Part shown: positions 48,522 to 60,828 of the stretch, piece after piece
How the letters are laid out: every line of letters starts with the position of its first letter
Numbering within the stretch: position 1 is the stretch's first letter
Source of the DNA: Massalongia carnosa
Taxonomy: Eukaryota
Reading direction: 5' to 3'
DNA length: 64,000 nt
Assembly (NCBI GenBank): GCA_965645245.1
Contig: OZ287079.1
Location: forward strand, 744,001 to 808,000
The notes under the pieces: model-generated
Databases searched by the model: none
What the model saw: the letters and a program-made list of their open reading frames with translations, nothing else
What the model was told of the DNA's origin: nothing
Position numbers and translations under genes: made by a program

Positions 48522-51155
48522 CTATACGCGCAAAATATCCAACAACAATCTCAGTGGAAAATTCTGGATTCCAGAAACCTTCTCCAACAAACTAATTTCG
48601 CTCAGAATCTCACGATGTAACGCATTCAACACTGCGGCTGTATACGCAAGGCTGTCGGTGCGTTTTAAATGTGCAAGCACAAGGTGCTTGTGCCCTAAGC
48701 TTGACTTGCCCGCAACGCGACGCTGGAGGAGAACGCTGCGAAGCTGCATATTTCGCGGGTCCACTTGGAGAGCATGAATGAGGGGAAGGGAATATTTTCC
48801 TTCGTCCAGGTCTTCACAAAAGCCTTTTTGCTTCGAATACTATGGGTGAAGTACTTGTCAATGCTATCGCGTGGAGAGCGATATAAGAGTACGACTTACA
48901 TCGGCAGATACAAGGTTCTGATAGTCATCACGAATCTGGAAATAGCGACCGAACAGAGTAATCAAATCTTCAAGGTCAAAATTTGGGCTTTCAGTAGAAC
49001 GAGCTACCATAAGCTTGGATAGCAAACGGAAGAGACCACCAGTCTCTGTATAGGTTAGTTTAAATTCTCAGATTAAATTATAGCTGGTACACTAACTGTT
49101 ATCTATCATCTTCAGGTACTCTCCAACTGTAGGGCAGACTACGTTGTATGTCCAGTAAAGGTCGAAGCTCTGCCCTATGAACAGGTTTCGCATTTCATCT
49201 GCCATTATCTGTTAACTCAGAATATTTTCTAGAAATGGATTTTAACTCGCCAATGAAGACAGTTAAGCATTCTGGATCGTTAAATTTTCGAATTTCGTTC
49301 AAAGCTTCGATGATCAGATAATTTGCTGAATTTACAGTCTGGGCCGGGCCAAAAATTGTATGCGTTGATGGTTGTTCACGTCGTAACGGGGATGAATCTT
49401 CTAGGTCATCAAGCCTAAAGAGCGAATTACCATGGAGAATCTTTGAAAGAGTCGTAAGAAAACTTACATTAATGAAGCGTCATGAAGGAGGCTGATAACC
49501 GATTTTATAGTTCCCAATGACTGCGCGGAGATTTTCACCCATACGTTCAGTGCATCAATAGCCTGGTCTCTGACTCCTTTAGAAGGTAATGACTTCAAAT
49601 ATTGTGAAGGAGCCGAGACGACCTGATAGTAAATGCATAAGCTATTACGGACGTATTGTGTGGGATAAAGCATTGCATAACGGACCTCATCGCCTAAATC
49701 TGGCAGCCATCGCTTCAGCATAAGATATTCAGCCTGGCTGAGATAAGATTTCTCGGTCGGTTCTGTGCTCTCAATCCCGCTCGAGATCTCGGCTCCGCTA
49801 GCTGTATCTGTTTTGGTTGTTTGGCTGAGGCTAACAGTGGCATCCTTTGAAGGAACGAGTAAAGCGTTGATATCACTAGCAAGTGATATGTCTGGTAGAA
49901 CGATGTTGTACTTGTTTGTGCTAGTTAAATCTCCTTTTTGATGGATTTCAAACGCCTTGCTGACGCCATTTTTCATCCGGAATAGTTGACGTTCATTGAA
50001 GGAAACGTTGGGATGATATCTTGGACAGTCCAAACTCCAAACTCCATTTCCGCTTATACTGTATAATGTGATCTCCATATACTTACGCAAGTCTGGAGAA
50101 ATCTCCATGTTGTTCAAGGCCTCTTTCAAAACAACCATGTAGGTTGCGATACTCTCCTTAATCTTAATTTTACAGAGGTCTTTAGCCTCGTCAGCCGTGA
50201 TGGAATGCTCGCCCATCAGAACCCAAACAGCGTTGACCACATCGGAATCACCATTCCGTATAGCCGTGTCATATTCCTTTTGCCACGAGAAGATGTCATT
50301 TTGAAGACCAAGAGCAACCCAAGCAGGCCGCATGAGCCGTCGGGATAGGTCCATTTCTTCCTCAGGGATTGTAATGGCCATCCCGAATGTCACGATTCCA
50401 AACCAAAACCTCCTGAACTTAGCGGTTATTCTTGTTAGGTTTTATGGAACGCTTACATCTCGCCAACATCAATGATTCTGTACGGAATGTATTCTTCCAA
50501 GGTAGCAAAATGCTCATGATGCTGTCGACCAGATGCTAACTCAACAAATGCCGCCCAGGACTTCATTGTAGTCAAAGCGCGTTCGCGGTCAATGGATAAC
50601 ATCTCGAGAAGCATCTTTGATTGAATTTGTTTCTTTCCAGAACTCCTTGACTCGATGAAACCATTCTGGGCACCTTCACGGAACGCTTTGAGCATCTGAT
50701 CATTCTCCGCCTCTAACTATATCATGGTTAGATATGAAATAAGATCTTGCGAAGCAATAAGCTTTACCTGTTCGTGAGTGATCTCGTCTAGATGGTCTGG
50801 AAATTGTCAACTTGTCAACTTAAAACCGCGAATGGAATGATAGGAAGCTTGCCCTACCGTCATAAAGAAACGCAAATTCATTGGCGTACGAAATGATCTC
50901 AAGCCGGTCTGGCAGGCATTCTGGAACGCTAATTGCCATGAAATTATATTTGGGATGCAAGCCACCTTTATAGTTTTCAACAGGCCCAACCAGCTTTCTC
51001 CAATCCTCTTGAGCACGTAGAGTTCCAATCTCTTCTAGGTCCCAGTCTTTGTGCATCCGGAGAGGAATGGGTCCACACAATCCCTCGGTCTCATACGTCG
51101 CCGGATCCACCAAGGTGGAGTACTTGTATTCCATGTTGGAGGGCTGGAACTCCAT
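48522..51155 (-). CDS. Bifunctional (chimeric) terpene cyclase-prenyltransferase (di-/sesterterpene synthase, PaFS/AcOS type), ~8 exons, apparently intact
   Basis: TC domain: [26 protein letters not shown] and NSE motif [11 protein letters not shown] domain: [58 protein letters not shown]. Confidence 0.95.
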
Positions 51156-52582
51156 GGTCAAAAAATGCGTATCGAATTAAGACGTATAGCGTCAAGAGAA
51201 AGATATGGAGGAGGACGAGGAATATTAAATCTCCCTTTCGTTTTGCTTCCATGATTTCTTGTGACGGCTAATTTGTCAAGCTCCACATTACCTAGCTTTA
51301 TGCTACGAGGCTAGTAATCAGCGCCTCTATGATCTTAGCCAATAAGCGTCCAAGAACGGAAATCAAGAGGATACTCCTGCAGGATCCGCTAAATCGCCAC
51401 TCGTTCTTCGAGCTATCAATGCACGGTGAACAGATTGGACTTCTGATGCTGCTAGGGAGCTGGCTTGCGGCGCAATGCGAGAGGTTCGGCCATGGAAAGC
51501 GCATAGAGAGAGCATCTTCTGCTGGTGCTTGATAATGTGTCATTTATGTCCGATAAGATCCTATTCGTGGTCAAGGGAGTCAATTCGTAATACTCTTGCT
51601 AACACCTTTGGACTAGATGCTATCTTTTGCCACCCCACTCATGGGAGAGAGGATCAATTGTTGGGCAGATGGTACCACCGGAATGATCACCGGGTCTAGA
51701 TGCATGATATCACAAACGCTACTTACTCGATCCTGGTTTTGACTGATATCTGCTTGGTATTCCTGATCCCTCAAGAAAGTTTCCATATTCCCTGAGGCGG
51801 TATAACAACGGTGGGACCCAGCGAATACTTTGCCAATCGCTGGAAGCAAGCTAGTCACCTCGTTCACCTTGCTTATTCTATTTAGCACCCTTGCCAGCAT
51901 ATCAACCATCCGTCGGTGTGAGAAGTGGAGTCGGTTTAGTGATGGGTTTTGGGGTCATTCTTCAGATACTTTTGTGGCCCAGACCTCTTTGATGGGTCTT
52001 GGAATGTCATGCCTAAAACGGCACCTACGGCTGAAATGTACGGCCAATCTTACCCTCATGACAAAGGCGAAATTTAAAGTGATGACAGCTCCTAGCGGCA
52101 TATGCGGGTAAACCCACACACCCTCCTTTTGCATCCACCGCACCTTTCCGTACTTTATCCACGAGCACATTCCTACCCGTAGGAGGGATGATGGTTCAGG
52201 ATTTTGTCTCTTGAGATCTTGGGGCTACTTTAGGTAAGCGGATTCAGGGTTTCATTGGTGCACGGCATAAGCGAAACTGGGAGTTTCCAAGGGTGGGAGG
52301 ATGTGAGGTGGCAGGGTGACACTGGAATGGTCACGTTGCTTGTTGTGCTACAACGTAAACTGTAAGACATCTAGGTATCTTGGTCAATCCCTAGCAGTCG
52401 GCAAGGCAGGTGGATATCTCTAGTGATTTGCCTTAGGGCAAGAGGGTGGGTACTACAGGTCTTAGGGCTGGAGACGAGGGGGCGCGTACATGCTACAAGG
52501 GTTGTAAGAGCGGCACAGCCCAAGCTAAGGTACCTACCTACCTACCTTGGCTATCTAGCCACCTACCGTCCTATTGATTCAT

Positions 52583-52715
52583 TCACCTCTCACTCACCTC
52601 TCACTCACCTCTCACTCACCTCTCACTCACCTCTCACTCACCTCCCACTCACCTCTCACTCACCTCCCACTCACCTCTCATTCACCTCCCACTCACCTCT
52701 CACTCACTTATCACT
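52583..52715. repeat. 11-bp minisatellite (TCACCTCTCAC)n, ~12 copies
   Basis: Directly visible, with some CTCCC variants. Confidence 0.92.
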
Positions 52716-52852
52716 GGCTGATTTCTAATCGTCTCCTACCTCAAACATCCTCCATCTAACCAAGTTCACAGGCTCGGACCTCTCTGCCCAAGCTAAGGTC
52801 AGCTAGACGCCTTGATAGGTATGTGAGTAGGTCTCTTACATCAACATCAATC

Positions 52853-52956
52853 TTAATGCCACTGCCACTGCCACTGCCACTGCTAATGTCAATATCAATA
52901 CCAATGCAAATGCCAATGCTAATGCCAGTACCGGTGCTAATGCTAACGCTAATGCT
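52853..52956. repeat. Degenerate hexamer repeats (GCCACT / GCYAAT)
   Basis: Directly visible in the sequence. Confidence 0.75.
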
Positions 52957-53244
52957 AGATATATATGTCTATGAGCGAAGAGGCTCCGATCAAGTAAGCT
53001 GACTGGCTGGACCCCCAATTATCTAGAGTTACCTGCAATGTCTCGCGCCTCTTCGTATGTTAATTTTGACCGCCCTGTAGGTATAGGAACTGAGCCAGTT
53101 CAAATCCAGCGGTAGGTCCCCATCCTCCATTATCTTTTTCTTTTCTCTGGCTTCCCCCCCTCCCATGCTTTGCTTCATCCAGCTCAAATCGATAGACTCG
53201 ATCAGAAACCAAGATTCTCTTTCTAACTGCTGCACGCCTTCACC

Positions 53245-55283
53245 ATGACCACTATTGTGGATTATCAATTGCTACTCTTGCCATGGAGTTTCGCCGGCGA
53301 ACTGCTCACTGGCTTTCTGTCTTTGGCCATAGTCTCTGGTGTCACCATAGCTATTAATCGCCTGTTTTTCTCGCCCCTGGCCGGTTTTCCTGGTCCGAAA
53401 ATAGCAGCGTTGACGGATTGGTATGAGTTTTACTACGACTTCTTCAGGCACGGAAAATACATTTTTGAAATTGAGAAGATGCACGAGAAATATGGTGAGT
53501 GTGATTAGATGTGCTGGGGCGTTTCTTGCCGCATGAATTCGGCGCTTTTTTGGTGATATTGCGATAGGCCCCATTGTGCGTGTTAATCCGCGAGAGTTGT
53601 CAATCCATGACCCAGACTTCTACAGTGAGCTCTACGTCACAGGAAGTGTGAGACGCACGGAAAATCACCACAATTTTGCCGAAGGAATCGGCTACGAAGG
53701 TTAGACAACCTAGACTCAGCCGTACCCAGCCATGGTGGGCGCTTACGCGGATAGGATCCCATTTTCTGACCGTACCACATGACCTACATCGACGTAGGAG
53801 AAAGCCTTTGGAGCCCTTCTTCTCTCGCGTAGGTGTCACGCGCCTTCAGCCCATGCTAGCTGAGGTGGTAGGCAAACTCGAACGCCGTTTCGAAGCCCTG
53901 AAAGGAACCGGCACCGTTATTCGTCTCGATCATGCTTTTCACGCCTTCTCGGGCGACGTCATCTTCCAAATATGCTGCGAAGAGCAAGCGACGTTTTTGG
54001 AGGACCCAGAATTTGCTCCCGAGTGGTTGGTTACGTCAAGATATTTCGGGAAATGTTGCTAACAAAGCTGTAGGTTCGATCTGATACACTCAATTGTGTG
54101 CTCGATACCCCTATTTGTACAGTTCCCGGTCCTGGTTAAGTACGTCTGCTCTAACTGGACCTTGGCGCCTTATCTATCGTAAAGTGTGTATTGACGGTTG
54201 GACAGGATCCTGAGCTTGATTCCAGAAGCGGTCTTGTCATGGGCGCATCCCGGGAGTCAAGGTTCCAACAATTTTAAAAAGGTAAATCATCAATTAGGTG
54301 TGTCCTTGGATACGAATGAGCTAATAATAAGCACAGATGGCCAACAAGCATATATCTGATGCCAAACGTGATAAGTTGAGCGCCAAAGGTGTTGAAATTA
54401 ACGAACGGACCTCGCTCTTCCGTCACATTCTTGACAGTGACATGCCAGAATCTGAATTGTCTTCAGAGCGACTGAGCAAGGAAGCACAAGTAATACTCGG
54501 AGCTGGTACTACAAGCACCGCTCGGACACTTGACTTGATCTCCTATTATATATTAGCGAATAAACACATTCGCGCTACCCTCAACAATGAGCTAAAAGAC
54601 ATTATGGCGACCTATCCTGAGAAAACTCCATCCTGGGCTGAATTGGAGAATCTGCCCTATTTGCAAGCGCTGATCAAAGAAGGGCTACGGTAATTGCAAT
54701 ACTCTTCTGGATGGTCGTCAAAGCATGGCTGACGGTTGTGAGCGGAATAGTCTTAGCTACGGAGTTATGCACAGACTTCCACGGTGCTCGCCAGATATTC
54801 CCATCAAGTATAGGGGATGGACAATTCCATGTGGCGTCAGTTCCAGTAGATTCATGTGAAGAATTCTCATATTAACGTGCCTAGGTCCCGGTTGGTATGT
54901 CCGCATATCTGATGCACAGCGATCCACGTGTTTATGAAAACCCTCACGAGTTCTGCCCTGAGCGCTGGCTCGGAGCTACCAACCCAAGGATGACTCGGAA
55001 CCTTGTTCCCTTTTCTAGGGGTTCTCGTAGGTGCCTGGGCATGAAGTAGGCAACCCGATGACTCTGATTGATTATGAATTTTTTCATGGTATATGTTAAC
55101 GTTTAACAAATTGACAGCTTGGCGTACGCGGAAATCAACCTCGCTCTTGCGGTGCTGTTTCGGCCAAACGGCCCAGCCTTTGATCTTTACGAGACCACCG
55201 AGTCCGATGTCATCCAAGCACATGATTTTCTCATTCCGCTACCGAGGCTCGACACCAAGGGCGTAAGGATTGTGATCCACTAG
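53245..55283 (+). CDS. Cytochrome P450 (secondary-metabolism type, CYP58-like), multi-exon
   Basis: N-terminal [26 protein letters not shown]-helix AGTTST, KEGLR, PERW, and heme motif [10 protein letters not shown]; stop at 55281-55283. Confidence 0.95.
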
Positions 55284-56389
55284 CATCAGGTAGAAACAGC
55301 TTGAGCTTCTCCTACGTAAGATAGAGATTTCCAATATGGCATGTTAAATCCCTTGGTTGGTGGTGTTGTGTATTCTTTCTCTGGACAGCGGTTTGGCATA
55401 TAGAGCATCGAAGTGTTTAGAGGCCGACAAATTTTGCAGAGACATGTAAATGCTGGAAGTGGCCATTCAACTGGCTGCTTTGAACTCTTGACCTCGACAT
55501 TCTCCTCATCCCTCATTGATATAGGTGACTTCCCCTAGCTGCTCTTCCCCCCCTCCCAACCCATCAACATAGAAGAACTCCACCAAGCCAATTCCGTATC
55601 TCCCGACCTCGAACGTATTGCTGAACCTCTAACCTAAGGTCTATGTATGTCCCGCCTACTACCCGTACATTCCATATTATGTTAAATACACACACCCGCC
55701 CAGCAAATATCTACATAACCCTCCCCCCCCCCTCTTTTCCACGAACTGGTAAGTCCATCAGTTCTCCATCGCCCAAAAGGTCCAACAACACATCAACACA
55801 CACCACCATCTCAGAACCGCTCAATCACAAACCAATCGCGCAGAAGCAAAAACCACTTCCTCCAAAAAAACCCCCCATCAACGTATCCCACCCCCGTCCG
55901 GATTTACTCTTTCGGTTTTTTTATTCCCACAACACAACCCGATCCGAGTGATCACTCCCCCACTCACTGCCTGCTGGTCAGAAAATAAAGGGAAGGGGGG
56001 GGGGGGGTTGGTTAGTTAATGGGTAATCTCGGATTGGGAAGGGGGTAGGGGGGAAGAAGCGGAGTCGGGGCCAAATGGGAACTAACTTACCCCGTTTCCC
56101 CTTCGGGTGGACGGAAAGGTCGGTGCTGATGCTCGTACCGCCTGTGCGCGGAGCGTTAGGGGATCCGAAGCATTTCTCCGGGAAGGTGGTCAACGACCGT
56201 TTTGATGACGGTCCATTCGACGGTCATGGCCGTCTTGAATCCGAATGGCGATTGCACAGTCGCCTAGGAGCGGTGTTAGTCCATAAGGTGGCCTTTACGT
56301 GGTGAAAGGAGCTATGAACATTGTACACACTTCTCCCTGCAGGGGCATGCAAAAGAGAAGTAATGGGAGAGGATGGAGAAGAAGACTTA

Positions 56390-56950
56390 CCGGCCATCTT
56401 GATCAATGACCCTTCGTGCGGGTTCAGCTCTGCGGTCCCCTGGGCCAGAAACTCCCACGCTACCGTCTGACAGCTCGCCGGGCTTAGAGATCCCAGAGCG
56501 GCGTCGCATTTTTTGTCTAGGCCGGACATATCGACCGCTAGCGATTTTTGCGCCATGAGGCCATCAGTCTACGCCAGGTTGGGGTCGGTCCTCTCGCATT
56601 GCTGGGTTGCCCGCAAAGTGTTCGTTAAGCGGGAGATCAACCGATTATCTCGCCCCGGCATCCTGAAGTAAAACGAGTTCAATCGCGCCACGGTGCAATC
56701 CATTATATCATGGTTTCGATCGCCTGAAAGATCGTCGTTGTGCTGGCCTGTCAAGGTGATAACCATGAAGGGGTCGAAGACCACTGGAACGCCGATTATG
56801 TCATGGGTCGTGGAATTATCCAGGCAACGGCGAGAAGTGAATTTTACCTTTCACGGGGTCGAGCAGGCTTTTAACCGTCTCGTCAAATCTGTAGGTAATA
56901 AATCCTCCAGCAGTTCGGCTTTTGATACAATCCCGGTTGCTGGTGAAAAT
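56390..56950 (-). pseudogene. Interrupted reading frame of unknown family
   Basis: ORFs 56569..56784 and 56224..56556 plus upstream sequence are in one frame with two internal stops, ending at a GTAAGT donor-like site. Confidence 0.35.
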
Positions 56951-58812
56951 CATCTACCAAACGTTCCATGGCATTATTAACCCCTCGTAAGGTATTGCTC
57001 CGACGGAGGGAGCAGCATCGATGGTTAAACTGCCTATTCTATCATCGTCTGAGATCGCAGGTCAGAAGTTTGACACCGTCCATGAAAAGTGGCCTTCTTT
57101 ACGCTCTCCACCAAAGAGTACTGGAGATGTAAAAGAATTGGAGCATAGACAAATCATATCCATGGTCACGAAAGCTGCTCTGATTCCTCACTCACTTACG
57201 ATTTCGCTTTAGAATCTTGCGCGGCAATTTAACCTTTGGAGGTGGCGTGCCTAACCATTATGATTGTGAGACGTAAAGTAGGCGTCACCTGTACTCCGCG
57301 CCCAGACTATGCTCATGCATTGGTACTCCCAGGTGATGCCCGTGTTAGGAAAGCACCTGATTACATCTGGACTCTGGAAACTTGCCCACGAGATGGCCAT
57401 AGGAGCAGGTCCAGTATCAGAAGATAGGATAGGCGGAACAAGTCCTGGCGGTACGCAAAGATCTTCATAGATGTAAAAATCAAGAGCTGAAAGCTTGAAC
57501 AGGGAATTATTACAACCCGATGTTGGTAGTACGTGGTAGGTATGGCGGAAAAGCAAAGCTGGGATGAAAAACCGCCGTCGCCATCTGAAGGTTGCATGAA
57601 ATTATGGGAGGCAACGAACGAGCGAGAGCTTTCCTTTCAATCGCTTTGTGGACAGAGTAGAATACGAATAGAAAGTGCACCTAAAGTATTCCAAAAGCAC
57701 TTTGCCGACCCACGCCATCGGGAGATGGACTTCCAAACATATCTGTCGAAAACAACCGCGCTGGTCACGAAGTCACAGGCTGCGCAGGTGTTTCTCCACG
57801 TTTCACCGCTCCACAGACCAAACTTTTTTAAAACAGAATATCTTCGTCATGCACTTTCTTTCCTTTAAAAAAATCCCACCACTTTCCATGAATGAATTGG
57901 TGTGAAAATACCTCAGAGGCAAAACCCCTTACACTAGACTATCGAGCGGACAAAACAGCAGGCAGTTATAACCCCGCTCGCCCATCTATTTTGCTTTCTT
58001 TCATCTTTTCATCTCTTCGTCTAGTCAGCTAGTCAGTACGTACGTAGTTATATGACGACGACGTTGACCTGATCATTCGTTTCTTTCCATGTGATGACCC
58101 AGTGACAGCACCATAAATCCATCGACGCACACCACCCAGTTTATCCCTCTCCACCGTTAGGCCATCAAAATACCTCCAATGCCAACCTAGAATAAGTGTC
58201 AACAGTTTCAACTATCCCTGTAAATCTAGCACCCTCGTATCCCTATAAGATGTTGGTGAAATGGTCAAGGTTCTATATAGCTCATGGATTGGCGACCAAG
58301 TTGGGATGGCGGGCACACCGACCCCCCTCAGTACTTCTAACGAAAGCGTAAACTATTGAAACCATCAGTGCCTTTCCCAAATCTAACGAACCTTTTAAAT
58401 TGAGAGAAGCTATTCAAGGCCGAAAAATTCCCCTGAGGGAGTCGCTGCTCGAGTCGCTCGTATAACGTGTCTCAGCAGTAACACATCCATGGCATATGTG
58501 CTAGATTAAAATGTTTCTCGTCTGAATTGGAAGCAGCCCCGGACGGAAACCGTCGTGTTTGAGCGAATTTTAGCTGAAGTTGCTGTTGAAAAATATGCTA
58601 TCTCGGATAGAACCTACAAATTCAGTGCTGAAGGACACTGTTGTGCAGCTAAAGGGAAATGTACGTAGAAATACTTTTCCGACATAGGATATATGGTCGG
58701 ATGCTGTTGCTCAACTGTGCACCAAACTTTCTTACAGGAAGCTCAAAGCATCCTGTCTTCCCGAAGCTCAAGATATCCAAGTCTCAATTCCGACCAGTCG
58801 TCGCGTCTTTGA

Positions 58813-60439
58813 CTAAAAAGATATCCAATCATATTTAAACTCAGAGGGGCCCTCCGAGGTGGGCTTCAGCGTGCAAGTCAAATGAAGTTTTCGTTGGGTC
58901 AGTTCAACAATAACCATAACTTCTTTCACTCTTTTCTCTTCTTTAATCTGCTTGGCACATTTGACATCCCCCAACCCTTCCTCTTCAATCTCCATTATCC
59001 GTTTTGCAACTTTGGCTGCACCAGAACTGTCCCATGAACCATCCCGACAGTTCAAAGAATCAAGATGTGTAAATGCTCGTCGACGTAGGTAAGGTTCTCG
59101 ACACCGATAAGCAATATAAAACAAGGGTAGGACGATCCCCAACTCAAAGCTTAGGTTTTTATGATGCCATAGTTTTCCTATGGTCCGTGAGGTAGAATTC
59201 ATGAGAGCTGGAAGAGTTTCAATGAGAGTAAGAATTTTCTCAAAGCGCGCCGTATGTGCATCAAACGTGGTTTCCTTTCTTGAAGAGCCGGGGCCGATCA
59301 TGAGCACGGTTATATCGTGGTAAATTTGTGTTATGGTAAGGGCGTCCTGCACTTCCGAATTCAATAAGCCCTGACTCTGCTTTTGCCGAAACTCGGCAAA
59401 TACAGAAGCCCAAGTTTTAAGACAAGTCTCAGACGTAGATTTCATCACCAGAAGATCTGCAATGGTCTGGGATGTTTGAGGCATGGCAGAAAAACCGCCG
59501 CTAAATAGTTCTGATATGAGTATCGACCATTTTAAGTGCTCAAATAGAAGGTGTTGAGCTTCGGCAAGCGAAGAGAACGTAGAGGGAATGTCCTGTTGTG
59601 TGAACATGAAGCGCAGGGATAATTGAAAGGTGTGGGGAACGCGAGAATCTGCTAATGTCATTGCTTGGAGGTCAAGCCTAGAGAATGTTTCAAGGATGTC
59701 GTCGGAAACGGCGGGACCGCCTTTGCTTTGGTCAATCGCCAACCTTTCCCGGATATCCGAGAGGATACATAGTCCACTCTCAAGGTGCATCTGCGCCGAA
59801 CGGTAATCACCCATCTGCTCCTCATAACATATAAACAGCACACATGCGACGAGGGCTTTCTCTAAACTATCATGGGTATTATGCGATAGTAGCTTGGTGG
59901 TATACCTAACCGCCTTGCTATAGTTTAAGAGGGCGTACTGGCGACCTTGATCTAGTTTAATGAGATTCTCCAGCTCATACTGCCGATGCAACGAGCTGAG
60001 AGCAAGAACAGCATGTTTGACCGCAGGTTCGGAATGGCTGATCTGAAGTACCCGGCGACTCCAAAATTCGGAGCCAAAAAAGGACGAAGACTTTGGCACC
60101 GTCCTTGCGCGGAAATAGTTAAAGCATTCTCGCTCGCAGTCGTTATCGAAATTCCCCGTCGGAATGCAGATATCTACCAAAGAACCACCATCATGGACAA
60201 GGCGGGAGATTTGATGTCTTGTCACTTGGACAGTTGTATAGCCATCACATTTGCGACCTGTACTCTGGCATCGGAAGCAACTTGGCCGTTCTTCGCCACA
60301 TTTTACACGTCGAAGCCTAGATCGGGTTTCAGCCGCTCATTCGAAGGACCAGCTGCTAATTTTCGACTGACCTGCACGTGATGCAGCCTGTTTTCACTCT
60401 ACGTATTCTGGCGGATGACTCGAGCTCTCGAGTTTCCAT
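58813..60439 (-). CDS. Zn(II)2Cys6 transcription factor, 2 exons
   Basis: VKTGCITCR / LRRVKCGEERPSCFRCQSTGRKCDGY joined across an intron, followed by a 470-aa fungal TF domain (FWSRRVLQ.SH.EPAVKHA). Confidence 0.92.
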
Positions 60440-60828
60440 CTTTCGTTGTGACGTTAATGATAGAGATTCCGAGCCGAAGCAACCATAGAAATTTCCTTTG
60501 AGCAAGAGAGTGAAAAGTGATTATCCTGTATAGAGTACTCCGTATAGCGTATGTGGATGAGGAGCGTAAACTCCATGTATAAATTATATAGTACGGAGTA
60601 CGTACTCCGTACTCTGTAAAGGGTACGTAATCGTAATTCTTGGCCTAAGCAGAACCGGTTAGTTCGCACCAGTTTCTGTAGCTAACTAAGCTAACTGATT
60701 TAGTCAGGGTGGCTAGATGCCAGTTAACACTAGTCCAATTACGTGTTTACTAAGCCATCATGTCATGTACGTTGTATGTAAATAACATTACTCGGTACAG
60801 AATACAGAAAACTAGAGATACGTACATA

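Noticed and set aside
48522..51155. Assignment to a specific product (ophiobolin, fusicoccane, retigeranic acid)
   Set aside because: Chain length and ring system cannot be read from motifs by eye, and the host species is unknown.
52583..52715. CRISPR-like array or telomeric repeat
   Set aside because: The units are contiguous with no unique spacers and are not TTAGGG; the context is eukaryotic.
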